Positions 39,352 through 48,862 of a DNA stretch of 64,000 nt are shown here, piece after piece; within the stretch, counting starts at the first letter, position 1, and each line of letters starts with the position of its first letter. The translations under genes were made by a program, and so were the position numbers. Source of the stretch: an uncultured delta proteobacterium. GTDB lineage: Bacteria; Desulfobacterota; Desulfobacteria; Desulfobacterales; UBA5852. The notes under the pieces are model-generated. The model saw only the letters and a list, made by a program, of their open reading frames with translations. It was not told where the DNA came from and ran no database searches. Location: contig CAWKLN010000008.1 of assembly GCA_963850465.1 (NCBI GenBank), forward strand, positions 14,313-78,312, read 5' to 3'.

Positions 39352-39960
39352 TCAGGGCCGACCCTCTTCGAGGTCTGCCAGCCGGACCACGCGGGCCAGA
39401 AATTCATCCACCTTCCCCATGCTGCCCGGAGCGTCCAGAAAACGCCGCGGTATGCCGTTTTCCCACACGAAACCGATAAATGTCGGTGTATGCCGGACCC
39501 CCAACTGGCGGGCCAGATCACGGCTGCGGTCGGGAAAGAGGGGAAAGGGAACTTGGAATGATTTGCGAAATTGATCGACTTCGTAAGTGGTGTTGCTAAC
39601 CCCGATACCGATCATTTTAATGCGCTTTTTCAGATAGGGATCCGTGGTGATGTTCCGGTATAGCTGATTCACGTTGGGGGCTTCGCGCTTACAATGAGGA
39701 CAGTAGAAATCAAAGAATTCAATGATTAGAACTTGGGCATGAATGTCGCTTAACGCAAAGTCTCCGGTTGTTTCAATCCCCAGGTAGTCCCGTTGCGCGG
39801 GATCGCTCAGGGCGGGAAGAACGAAGGTTTCATGCGGTGCATCGGGTGCGGCCGTTGGCGGAGTGGGCTGGGGAGATGGCGCGGAGGTGCATCCCGCGAC
39901 ACACAGCAGCGTCAAAACCAGGAACAAGCCGATGCGGCGGGCATGCTCGATTATATTCAT
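39352..39960 (-). CDS. thioredoxin-fold lipoprotein (TlpA/DsbA-like thiol:disulfide oxidoreductase)
   Basis: Lipobox LLCVAGC, a Pro-rich linker, and the redox motif FFDFYCPHCKREAP. Confidence 0.75.
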   Translation of the reverse strand: MNIIEHARRIGLFLVLTLLCVAGCTSAPSPQPTPPTAAPDAPHETFVLPALSDPAQRDYLGIETTGDFALSDIHAQVLIIEFFDFYCPHCKREAPNVNQLYRNITTDPYLKKRIKMIGIGVSNTTYEVDQFRKSFQVPFPLFPDRSRDLARQLGVRHTPTFIGFVWENGIPRRFLDAPGSMGKVDEFLARVVRLADLEEGRP

Positions 39961-40086
39961 ACGCGGTTCCCTGGTGATTATTTGTCGCCCGTTGCGAATA
40001 GATAAAGTGGTGCCGGGCAGATGAAGTCTTTATTCATAGTAGGGCGTTGCGGACGGCTTGGCAAGCGCTAGCGTGGCTTGCGGCGG

Positions 40087-41400
40087 TCACATTGGACGGC
40101 ATTCTCGCAGCCCGCTTGCCAAGGCCATGGCGGCAAGGCCGCACAGCAGCGTCGATACCAGCGCTACGGCCATTGTACCGTGTGAAACCCAAATGAGCCC
40201 GCCCGTTATGGCACCGGCCATACGTCCTATACCGGCGACGGCCAGAAGGCCTGACATCATGGTGGCACGCTGGTCGGGAAGGATTTCGGTCGCCATGGAC
40301 AGGGCCGTTACAAAGGTGAATTCGACCGCAATAAAAAGGGCAAAAAGCCCTGTCAGGGCAAGGGGCAGGGAGATATCCGTCCATGGCAATACCAAGTAGC
40401 CGGCCATGCTTAGCCCGATTCCCATGAAAAGGGCGCGCGGTTTACCCATGCGGTCGGCCAGCCCTACGGTCATAAACTCACCGCACAATTCCGCGACACC
40501 GATGACACTGCTGCCCAGCCCCAATTGCGTTACGCTCAGATGGAATTGCTGCTCCAGCCAGGCACCATAGATGACAAAGACGCAATCGTTGGCCATGCTT
40601 ACCAGAAATGCCAGCAACAGCATGGCGCGTGCCGTTTGGCTTTGGAAAAGCCGCCCCCAGGCGCGTCGCAGATCGGACGCGCTTAGCCGACCGGACCGCG
40701 GCCCCGATTCGGACGGCAGCCGCAGGGCCATCAGGATCATGCCCGCAAGCGCGGCCAGGCCCATCACCGCGAAGGGTGCGCGCCACCCTTGCCACGCAAT
40801 TAAAAAGCCGACCAGCGGAATACCGATCAGGGTGCTGGCTGCCCAACTGGTTTCAATCAGGCCGATGACCAGGCCGCGCTTTTCGTAGGGGACCCTTTCG
40901 CCCACATAGGCTTGTAAGGCGGGATCGAAGATGTTTTTTCCCAAACCTGCAAGAAAGAGGGCCATCAACACGACGGCGAAAAATGGAAGGCTGGCGGCAG
41001 CCAGCATTCCGGCGGCCAGCATGAAAAGCCCCAGCAGCATCATGAAGCGATACCCCAGTCGATCGGCGAACGGGCCAAAAAACAGGGCCAACAACCCACT
41101 GGCTTGATTGACGGCGATCATCGACGTGATATGGGTTAGCGGTACGCCCATGGCGCGGCTTAAGGCGGGTGCGAAAGGGTAGGCAAAACGCCGGGCGGTA
41201 TTGAGAACCAGGCGGCAACCGCCCGTCAGTATCATATCAAATACCAGCGCTTGCCTGCGGGCATGGTCATCCGGGCGTCGGCTGTTATACGGGGGCACGG
41301 TCACTCTCCTTGGCGTCCGTTCGATAAGAGGGGCTATCGCAGTCTGCCGTAGGTAGCGGTTTGCGCAGGGGAATGCAACCCTTGGCTCTGGAAACGTCAA
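40087..41400 (-). CDS. MFS transporter
   Basis: About 12 predicted TM helices and the MFS loop motif FFGPFADRLGYR. The true start probably lies downstream of 41400. Confidence 0.8.
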   Translation of the reverse strand: MTFPEPRVAFPCANRYLRQTAIAPLIERTPRRVTVPPYNSRRPDDHARRQALVFDMILTGGCRLVLNTARRFAYPFAPALSRAMGVPLTHITSMIAVNQASGLLALFFGPFADRLGYRFMMLLGLFMLAAGMLAAASLPFFAVVLMALFLAGLGKNIFDPALQAYVGERVPYEKRGLVIGLIETSWAASTLIGIPLVGFLIAWQGWRAPFAVMGLAALAGMILMALRLPSESGPRSGRLSASDLRRAWGRLFQSQTARAMLLLAFLVSMANDCVFVIYGAWLEQQFHLSVTQLGLGSSVIGVAELCGEFMTVGLADRMGKPRALFMGIGLSMAGYLVLPWTDISLPLALTGLFALFIAVEFTFVTALSMATEILPDQRATMMSGLLAVAGIGRMAGAITGGLIWVSHGTMAVALVSTLLCGLAAMALASGLRECRPM

Positions 41401-41538
41401 CCACCCGTCTCCCGAAACGATGTCTGTTTAATCTGTGACGAACAGCACGTCGGGAGGGATCAATCTAACTGCGGCAGGGGCCGGTCCGGACATCGTCCAT
41501 TTTACGACTTGCATTCACGGCGCGGATGTTTTAATTTC

Positions 41539-41553
41539 CACTTAAACCTTAAG
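41539..41553. promoter_or_regulatory. 15-bp palindrome in the TetR/MFS divergent intergenic region (candidate operator)
   Basis: ACTTAA-ACC-TTAAGT, with perfect 6-bp arms, 74 nt upstream of the TetR start. Confidence 0.3.
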
Positions 41554-41626
41554 TTGTACTAAAGCCAACCTACGGCCGAATTTTGTTGACCGGCACCATC
41601 ATCGTTCCAAAACAGGGATTATATCG

Positions 41627-42202
41627 ATGGGAAAGAAAAAAAACCTGATTGACACCGCTGTCAGGCTGTTTGCCGAGCAGGGCTATGACGGCACCACAAC
41701 GCTGCAGATTTCACGCGAAGCCGGCGTAACCGAGCCGCTTATTTATTATCATTTCAAAGGCAAGGAAGAACTTTTTACCCATATCCTGAAAGGGGCCTTC
41801 GATGAATATGTCAGACGTCTGGAAGCGCTTCCTTTGAATACCCCCCATGAATTTGACAAAATCGAAAATTTGATCCATGTCACCCAGCAAGCCGTGGACG
41901 AAATGCCTCGCCGGACCCGGTTGGTGATGAGTTCCTGTCCGGCGCGTATCAAAGATCCTGAGCACGTGTGCTATAGCCGGATGATCGGTATTTATGAGTG
42001 GCACTACGACTATCTGACCCGCTGCCTGGAAAAAGGCATTGCCAGCGGAGAGTTCTGCGAAGTCCCGGTTGCTGAAACGGCGTATTTGCTGATATCGATG
42101 ATCAACGGGATGAGCCGGCAGCATTCCTTGTTAAAAGGGCGTGGCATCACCCAGGCCCGCAACGCCGCCGTCGCGTTTTGTCGACGCAGTCTGTTGGCGT
42201 GA
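41627..42202 (+). CDS. TetR/AcrR family transcriptional regulator
   Basis: N-terminal HTH: LIDTAVRLFAEQGYDGTTTLQISREAGVTEPLIYYHFKGKEELF. Confidence 0.9.
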   Translation: MGKKKNLIDTAVRLFAEQGYDGTTTLQISREAGVTEPLIYYHFKGKEELFTHILKGAFDEYVRRLEALPLNTPHEFDKIENLIHVTQQAVDEMPRRTRLVMSSCPARIKDPEHVCYSRMIGIYEWHYDYLTRCLEKGIASGEFCEVPVAETAYLLISMINGMSRQHSLLKGRGITQARNAAVAFCRRSLLA

Positions 42203-42314
42203 TGAAGCTGTTATGATGCGCATCGGGGGATATGGTCATTTCCGGCCCCGGTGGGCCGCGTCGGGGGGCCGGAAGCCCGCGAGAGATGCAAATGCTTAAT
42301 CCTGGAGGAAGATT

Positions 42315-42605
42315 ATGGCCCGAACAACCGTTCTGATGCTGGCCGTCTTGGTTCTCTTGGGGACGGTAAACTGTGTATCCAAAAGCCGGCACATCGAACT
42401 TCAGCAATCCATGGCGGTTGAACAGGAGCGCTCTATAGAGACGCAGAAGGCTCTGGAAGATCGCATTGACATGCTGACGAGGGATATGCTGCGGATGCAG
42501 GAAGAAAATGAGAATCTTGAACGCCGACATGAGAATGTGCTGGAGATCAACAACCAACTGCATGCAGAAGTGCTTCGAATTGGAATACCGGCTGAAGAAA
42601 AGTGA
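42315..42605 (+). CDS. OmpA-like lipoprotein, N-terminal fragment (signal plus coiled coil) of a frameshifted gene
   Basis: MARTTVLMLAVLVLLGTVNC lipobox and a heptad-like coiled coil. The frame terminates shortly after it diverges from the overlapping frame. Confidence 0.6.
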   Translation: MARTTVLMLAVLVLLGTVNCVSKSRHIELQQSMAVEQERSIETQKALEDRIDMLTRDMLRMQEENENLERRHENVLEINNQLHAEVLRIGIPAEEK

Positions 42606-43104
42606 AACGATCATACAAACACAGGAAAAAGTGATCGAAGACTTCAGCCAGGCGCGGAAAAATATCGAGGAAAACCTGCGCGAACAAATTGCTGCCAAAG
42701 ATGTTGAGATCGAGGAGATGGAGGGAAAGCTGAAAGTCACGTTTTTGGATAAAATTCTCTTCAGTACCGGCAGTGACAAGATCAATAAACCGGGTCAACT
42801 GGCGTTGATCAAGATCGCCGAATCTCTCAGAGATGGGGCTTTTCATCAAATTGTCGTGGAAGGCCATACGGATGACGTGCCCATCGGGCCGGCTCTGGCT
42901 GACCGTTTTCCTTCCAACTGGGAACTTTCGGCGGCGCGTGCGATTGCCGTGGTTCGTTTTCTGGAGGAAAATGCCGGTTTGGATCCGAACCTCTTGGCCG
43001 CTAGTGCCTTCAGTTCTCATCGCCCGCTGGCATCCAACGAAGAGGAAAGCGGGCGCAGCAAGAATCGAAGGATTGAAATTATATTGGCACCGCTAAATCA
43101 ATGA
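42508..43104 (+). CDS. OmpA/MotB C-terminal domain protein, C-terminal fragment of a frameshifted gene
   Basis: FLDKILFSTGSDKINKPGQLAL...VVEGHTDDVPIG...SNWELSAARAIAV...NRRIEIIL (OmpA_C). No signal peptide is present in this frame. Meaningful sequence begins around FELEYRLKKSE (~42574). Confidence 0.75.
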   Translation: MRILNADMRMCWRSTTNCMQKCFELEYRLKKSETIIQTQEKVIEDFSQARKNIEENLREQIAAKDVEIEEMEGKLKVTFLDKILFSTGSDKINKPGQLALIKIAESLRDGAFHQIVVEGHTDDVPIGPALADRFPSNWELSAARAIAVVRFLEENAGLDPNLLAASAFSSHRPLASNEEESGRSKNRRIEIILAPLNQ

Positions 43105-43222
43105 ACCATAGGTCTGCCGCGGATACCCATCCGTGCTGCAAAAAGGTCCTTTGACAAGGTGCTGATGGGACGATCGACACGATTATCAATGAATTATCAA
43201 CGATTTTCAATAGGAGCCGCCT

Positions 43223-43492
43223 TTGACGACACCCAATGATCCCGCGCCCAAGAAGAAACGGATAACACCGGCCTACCTGTTTTTCCACCTTCTGCTTTCC
43301 GAGGATACTTGGCGGATCGTCACCGGTGTTTCGCTGGCCGTCATTCTGGCGCCTCTCCTGCTTCCGCTCGATCGCACAGGAATGGGGCGGTACGTGATGT
43401 TTATCACCGCGGTGGTGGTCGGTTGGGCCGTGTCCAAGGCCCCCAGTCAATGGATTGTCCGCCAGTTAAGGATAGTGTTTCCCGACAGATAA
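43223..43492 (+). CDS. small membrane protein (89 aa, 2 TM)
   Basis: TTG start with AGGAG 6 nt upstream and two hydrophobic helices. Confidence 0.5.
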   Translation: MTTPNDPAPKKKRITPAYLFFHLLLSEDTWRIVTGVSLAVILAPLLLPLDRTGMGRYVMFITAVVVGWAVSKAPSQWIVRQLRIVFPDR

Positions 43493-43653
43493 ATTATCCG
43501 AAAACACGCGGTTCGCAGGATTAATCTGACCGTGCGTTCGGCTTCAACCGCGACAGCCACTATTCGCAGGGTCCCTTCGTCCCGCAGGGGTTGGCTCGTT
43601 CGGCCTAAAGACACCGCTTGAACTTCAGCGAATTTCAGGGTGTTTCGGCCGTG

Positions 43654-43682
43654 TTGACACTTAAGTCGCTGAATTTTATATT
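43654..43682 (+). promoter_or_regulatory. near-consensus sigma-70 promoter upstream of the sensor-less sigma-54 activator
   Basis: TTGACA (43654-43659), N17, TATATT (43677-43682). Confidence 0.5.
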
Positions 43683-43836
43683 GTCCTGAAGCTGTGATTC
43701 AGCCCAGGCAAGGCGACAACCAACGCAATACGCCGAATCCGATCCCGAGCGGTCAGGATTTCGGTATCATTTATTCAGATTGCATCGCTAGCGTCGGCAG
43801 CGTCACGCGGCAGGCGGTGTTTCAGAGGGATTTTTC

Positions 43837-44850
43837 GTGTCGGACTTTCACATGGAGGGGATCGTTGGTGACAGCGAGGTCATGCGCCGGTTGTTTGGTG
43901 TGATGCGCCGGGTCAGCGGCAGCGACAGTACGATCTTGATCAGCGGGGAGACGGGTACGGGCAAGGGGCTTGTGGCCCGTGCCATTCACGGCCATTCGCT
44001 GCGCGCCCAAAACAGTTTTGTATCGATCAATTGTGGCGCCATTCCGGAGACCCTGCTGGAGAGCGAATTGTTCGGGCATGTGAAGGGGGCCTTTACCGGT
44101 GCCACGGCCAACAAGACCGGCAAATTCGAGCAGGCCCACGGTGGTACGATTTTCCTGGACGAGATCGGGGATATGAGCCCGGACCTGCAGGTCAAGCTGC
44201 TGCGGGTCCTTGAGGAGGGCGAGTTCGAGCCGGTGGGGAGCAATCGGACGGTGCACGCGGACGTGCGGGTGATTGCGGCCACGCATCGGGATCTGGAAGC
44301 GCGGGTGAGCCAGGGGCGTTTTCGTGAGGATCTGTACTATCGGTTGTACGTCATTCCCCTGGCGCTGCCGTCGTTGTGTGCTCGGGGCGAGGACATCCTG
44401 TTGCTGGCGGAGCATTTTCTGGCGCATTTCAATGAACGCACCCAGTCTTCGGTGTCGGGGTTTTCGAAGCCGGCGCGGGCGGCCTTGATGCGGCATGCCT
44501 GGCCGGGCAATGTCCGCGAGTTGCGCAACCTGGTGGAGCGTTTGGTGGTATTGAAGCCGGAGGGGGCGATCGAGGAGGAGGATTTACCGGTCAAGATCCG
44601 TGGGGGTGCTTTGGCCCGCCCGGTCAGCGGTGGGGCCGTAGCACTGACCGAGGATGGTATCAACCTCAACTCGGCGGTGACCGAGTTTGAAAAGGCGTTG
44701 ATATTGCAATCGCTGGAAAAGACCAAATGGGTCAAGAACAAAGCGGCCCAACTGCTTAACCTCAACCGCACCACCCTGGTAGAGAAAATCAAACGGTACG
44801 AGTTGGAGTCGCCGGCTAAACCGGCGACGATTGATGGTCTGAATTCTTAA
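43837..44850 (+). CDS. sigma-54-dependent activator lacking any N-terminal sensor or receiver domain (PspF-like architecture)
   Basis: The protein starts directly at the AAA+ core: [12 protein letters not shown]..., [39 protein letters not shown]-terminal Fis-type HTH reads [19 protein letters not shown]. Confidence 0.88.
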   Translation: MSDFHMEGIVGDSEVMRRLFGVMRRVSGSDSTILISGETGTGKGLVARAIHGHSLRAQNSFVSINCGAIPETLLESELFGHVKGAFTGATANKTGKFEQAHGGTIFLDEIGDMSPDLQVKLLRVLEEGEFEPVGSNRTVHADVRVIAATHRDLEARVSQGRFREDLYYRLYVIPLALPSLCARGEDILLLAEHFLAHFNERTQSSVSGFSKPARAALMRHAWPGNVRELRNLVERLVVLKPEGAIEEEDLPVKIRGGALARPVSGGAVALTEDGINLNSAVTEFEKALILQSLEKTKWVKNKAAQLLNLNRTTLVEKIKRYELESPAKPATIDGLNS

Positions 44851-45054
44851 TAGGTCGGCACGTCTTCGTTCCGTAGTGCCCCCCTGTGAGTTTGTCCGAT
44901 AGGTCGCGACGGTTTCAGCATGCCCAAAGGGCCCGCCTACCCGTTTTCTGGACGTGGATGGAATCATAATTATCGTCAGGTATGCTGCGGCGCTGTTACG
45001 TTTTGCTTCCGACTGCAATGATGACAGCACGGGCAAGCCGGATGAGAATATGAT

Positions 45055-45083
45055 TTGACAAACAACGGCAACTGGGAAATATT
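45055..45083 (+). promoter_or_regulatory. candidate sigma-70 promoter for the receiver gene at 45220
   Basis: TTGACA-N17-AATATT. Confidence 0.3.
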
Positions 45084-45219
45084 AAGCCCGAATTGGCGCG
45101 GGGAGTCGTCATCAGCCCATGTTCTTATTCGGTCTACCGATCGTTAACGGGAATCATAGAAGTCCTCTATAAAAATACAGCATCCAGTAACTGCTGGAAA
45201 TTCTGTGGAGACATTTTAC

Positions 45220-45903
45220 ATGGACGTCAGAATACTAGTGGCCGACGACGAAGAAAGCATCCTCGATTTGCTCTCGCGGTTTCTTGAAAAAATCGGTTAC
45301 CAGGCTGACATTGCCAGAGATGTGGCCAGCGCGATTAGCTTGATGCAGACCCATCAGTACGATATCATTTTGACCGATAAGAATATGCCCGATGTCGACG
45401 GCCGGATGGAGGGCGGGATGACACTGGTGAAATATGCCAAAGAGCATATGCCTTCCACCGAAGTCATTATGATCACGGGCTATGCGACGATTGAGACAGC
45501 CGTCGAAGCGATGCGTATGGGGGCGTTTGACTATATCATGAAACCCATCCCGCTGAATGAGCTGAAAGCCAAGATCGAGCGCATTCTGGACTACCGCAAG
45601 TTCATCAATTCGGGGGACACGCTGCAGATTTATCGGGCGCTGCACAATCAGGCCCTGACGCTGCTCGAAAACCGTGACGACCTGCCCGAAGAACAGCTGG
45701 GCCAAATTCTACGCACCCTCGGAGGGAAAATCGACCATCTTTTCGGCTTACAGAAAGAATACGAAACCATCATACAGACCCAGGCCGAGGCCCTGGAACG
45801 GATCGAAACCTTTGCCCAGCATTTGAAAGAAGCCCTGCCTTCGGACAGCCCCTACGTCACAGCGATTGAGAAAATCGAAGAAGAATCCCGGAAGCGCATA
45901 TAA
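45220..45903 (+). CDS. response regulator: receiver domain plus ~100-aa helical C-terminal region of unknown function
   Basis: MDVRILVADDEESI...DIILTDKNMPDVDG...MITGYAT...DYIMKP. The tail (RKFINSGDTLQIYRALHNQ...IEKIEEESRKRI) has no DNA-binding motif I recognise. Confidence 0.85.
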   Translation: MDVRILVADDEESILDLLSRFLEKIGYQADIARDVASAISLMQTHQYDIILTDKNMPDVDGRMEGGMTLVKYAKEHMPSTEVIMITGYATIETAVEAMRMGAFDYIMKPIPLNELKAKIERILDYRKFINSGDTLQIYRALHNQALTLLENRDDLPEEQLGQILRTLGGKIDHLFGLQKEYETIIQTQAEALERIETFAQHLKEALPSDSPYVTAIEKIEEESRKRI

Positions 45904-45983
45904 ATCGCCGGACATTATGGTCATACGAACGACGCAACAGGCGTCCTGCGGTCATTGAACCAGCCAATTAAGGAATAGAAAAC

Positions 45984-46343
45984 ATGATGGATCAAAATTC
46001 GACGGATCAAATTGACTTCAATCTGGACGCACAGAACCTATACCGCGAAGAATCCTATACGGATCTGAAAGCAGGGGCCATTCGGCGCTTGGTTCCGGTG
46101 AAAACGGACGGCGCGGTGGATAAGGCGCGGACCGAAATATTTGTCGGTACAACGCAGTTGCTTACACCTGAGGGCCCTTTGCCCGTCCAGGCCCGGCTGA
46201 TGGTCAATAATCTCCAGGAGGCTTTGGATGCATTTCCGGAAGCGATGCGACAAGCAACCCGCGAGATGATTTCCCAGTTGGAAGAGATGCAGAAAAAGTA
46301 CCAGGAAAAAGAAGACTCCCGCATCATTGTCCCCGGTCAATAG
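45984..46343 (+). CDS. hypothetical protein (119 aa)
   Basis: ORF with AGGAA upstream. No recognisable motif. Confidence 0.5.
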   Translation: MMDQNSTDQIDFNLDAQNLYREESYTDLKAGAIRRLVPVKTDGAVDKARTEIFVGTTQLLTPEGPLPVQARLMVNNLQEALDAFPEAMRQATREMISQLEEMQKKYQEKEDSRIIVPGQ

Positions 46344-46693
46344 AAGCGATCTCAAAAAAGTCTTTTGGCCCAATCTCTGTGTTGGGCGCTCGGTTCAAGC
46401 CCTCAAAATACTGGGGTATTCCTCCGGGTTGAACCTCGCGGCCGCCGTGCCTTGAACCAAAATCCGTTTTTAAAGATAGCTTATAGTCAAGCCTCCTGCG
46501 GGGAGGATGACGCTGGGCGTATTGTCTGTCATCTTCCCGCCGTTGAACGCACTTTCCCATAGCCATTCTCCATTAAATCCCTTAGCCGATATGTCCGGAA
46601 CCCGTCGTTTCCAAGGCGTCGATGCAGGTTCTTGCTTGTGGTTTGAGCCTTTCGTTTCTTATGGAGGGATCCATGGGGCACATCGATAGAACT

Positions 46694-48085
46694 TCACGCC
46701 CCGCGGCGGCACCGGGGGGTACTGAAAAACGTACTGTGTATGGCATTGATCCCGCTCTCGAGGTCTCTTTTTTTTACGATGAAATACAAGGCGGCACGCG
46801 AAGGACCAAATGAGATCATTTCCACATTGACCCGACAGTCGGCGACCGCTGTAAAACAGCGGGCGGCAATCCCTGCACGATGCTGAATGCCGTCACCGAC
46901 AATTCCGATGAGAGCGACATCCTCCAGGCGATCGAGTTTGCGGAATGGGCGCGGCCGAACGCTCATCAAGACCTGGCGGGCCTGATCCATGTCCCGCTGT
47001 GCCAGCAGCAGACTGATGCAGGTCTGGGAAGTGACAACGGACTTGATATTGATGCCCTTGTTCGCGATACAGGTGGCCACTTCGCCCAGAATACCGGGTC
47101 GGGCACCGACGCCTGAAGCATGGACTTTCAGGATGCCGATATCGGTATCGTAGGCCACACTTTTAATAACACTGCGCGGACGGGGACTGCGCGCGGTGAT
47201 CAAGCTGCCGTCGGCGTCGGGCGCCAACGTGTTTTTAATGGCGATCGCCATCTTTCTGCGTCGTGCCGGTTCCACGGTTCGCGGATGTAAAATTTTGGCC
47301 CCGAAATAAGCGAGCTCCGCTGCTTCTTCATAGGATAAAAGTGGAATCAGCTGCGCTTCCGGGACCAGCCGGGGATCGGCGCTCATGAACCCTTCCGTAT
47401 CCTTCCAGATGTCGAGCCTTTCGGCGTTAAGGGCTACAGCCACCACAGCCGCCGCATAGTCGCTTCCCCCTCGTCCAAAGGTCGTGATTTCGCCGTCTTT
47501 GCTGGCGCCGAAAAAACCCGGCAGAAAGAGAATTTTCTTTACCCCCAGGAGGGGTGTGAGGTGCGTTTTGAAATGGCGGGCCGTTTTCGTCAAATCGGCG
47601 GTGGCATCGCCGTATTTGCCATCGGTAATCAACCCGATTTTGTGTGGCATGCGACAGGTAGCGGATATGCCGCGGCTGCATAGTATGGCGGCCATGAGTC
47701 GGGCGGAAAGTCGTTCCCCATAGCTGGTGATGACATCTGTCAAACGGGGCGTGATGGCCCGGGTGAAATTCAGGCCATAGTACAGGCGCTCGAGTTTGCC
47801 GAGGCTTTGCTCCAATCCCTTCGCGTATTCTTTAAGATCCTGCTTGCGCCTTATCAGGTGACGGGCCACGAGCAAATGGCGGGCCTTCAGTTTGCCCATG
47901 ATGGCGGGAATATGGGTCTCGTCGGCCAGCGCCGTTTCCAGGCTGTCGAGGAGAAGGTCCGTTATCCCGTGCAGCGCCGACACGACGAAGACGTGTCCCT
48001 GTCCGCGATGCACGATGAGGTCCACAATGTCCTTGATTGTTTGCGTGCCGTTCAAACAACCACCACCAACTTTGATAACGCGCAT
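46694..48085 (-). CDS. aspartate kinase
   Basis: Amino-acid kinase fold with GRGGSDYAAAVVAVAL, IWKDTEGFMSADPRLVPEA, SYEEAAELAYFGAKILHPRT, and C-terminal ACT repeats. The N-terminus IKVGGGCLNG is atypical. Confidence 0.88.
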   Translation of the reverse strand: MRVIKVGGGCLNGTQTIKDIVDLIVHRGQGHVFVVSALHGITDLLLDSLETALADETHIPAIMGKLKARHLLVARHLIRRKQDLKEYAKGLEQSLGKLERLYYGLNFTRAITPRLTDVITSYGERLSARLMAAILCSRGISATCRMPHKIGLITDGKYGDATADLTKTARHFKTHLTPLLGVKKILFLPGFFGASKDGEITTFGRGGSDYAAAVVAVALNAERLDIWKDTEGFMSADPRLVPEAQLIPLLSYEEAAELAYFGAKILHPRTVEPARRRKMAIAIKNTLAPDADGSLITARSPRPRSVIKSVAYDTDIGILKVHASGVGARPGILGEVATCIANKGINIKSVVTSQTCISLLLAQRDMDQARQVLMSVRPRPFRKLDRLEDVALIGIVGDGIQHRAGIAARCFTAVADCRVNVEMISFGPSRAALYFIVKKRDLESGINAIHSTFFSTPRCRRGA

Positions 48086-48491
48086 TCGGATTGCTCCAAT
48101 CTTCGGGGATAGCGGTTGCCGGCCTTTAACTTATTGAGTGTCCGTCGATCAGCCGGATGGGCGTTTGTTACCGCAAATTGAACCCGATCTCAAGAGGGGG
48201 AGGCTTGCGCGGCAACAGCGTTATCCGGAAGCACTGTCTCTCGAGCCCATGCGATTGGATCCTAAGAACAGGAAAGCCGCAAAGGCTGCTAGTCCCGGTG
48301 AAAACTTCGGCGCAATGTGTCATTGGCAAGAATTATGGGGAATGGATTGCAGGCTACTGGAGGAATACGGATTTTTGAAACGCTGAAAAATTCCCGAGAT
48401 AAAAAGGCGGGTTGCACGATGGGGAATCGATCCTTGGGCAACCTATCATTCGCATCGGACGACCCTCAAGGCCTTCTGAAACGAATGTGCA

Positions 48492-48785
48492 TCAAGAAAG
48501 GGAGCGGCTACCCGTGGTTTCACGGAAAAACTGGGCAAAGCAATCCGTGCACTGCCAGGCAGGTTCGTCGTTGCCGCTTTTTAGGCTGCCGATGGCGATT
48601 CCGCCGCCGTCCAGAGCATTCTCCAATTCCGGGATAAAGACCGGCATACCGCTTAGCAGAAGCGCAATTTTTTCGGAACCGCACCACGGGCAGCTATGGG
48701 GCTTTTCTTGGGTTCGCATTTTCATGGTGTGATCAATGTTGATGTAAGGCGGGATCTTTGGGGAAGCATGTTCGGTGATGTCCAT
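48492..48785 (-). CDS. small zinc-ribbon-like protein (97 aa)
   Basis: Two Cys pairs, CPWC...CTDC. GGAG lies 13 nt upstream of the ATG at 48785. A sigma-54-type promoter sits upstream. Confidence 0.45.
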   Translation of the reverse strand: MDITEHASPKIPPYINIDHTMKMRTQEKPHSCPWCGSEKIALLLSGMPVFIPELENALDGGGIAIGSLKSGNDEPAWQCTDCFAQFFRETTGSRSLS

Positions 48786-48862
48786 GATACAAGCGCTGCT
48801 CCTTTCCAGTTGGGCAAATCAGATGTGTCGGCGGATCAATCGCGATTTCCAAGAAGCCACAA

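Noticed and set aside
43084-43099. TGGCAC on the + strand at the 3' end of the OmpA-like gene
   Set aside because: No GC is present at the -12 position (AATCA), and the site is inside coding sequence.
48200-48330. Lysine riboswitch in the aspartate kinase leader
   Set aside because: I could find only a GCGCCGAAG-like fragment. The P1 AGAGGCGC element and the other conserved helices could not be located by eye. It is kept only as a suggestion for an Rfam scan, not as a feature.
48401-48445. Possible terminator after the zinc-ribbon ORF (minus-strand GGTTGC...GCAACC followed by CGCC TTTTTT)
   Set aside because: The stem is only 6 bp with a ~26-nt loop and a 4-nt spacer before the T-run. This is too weak to annotate.
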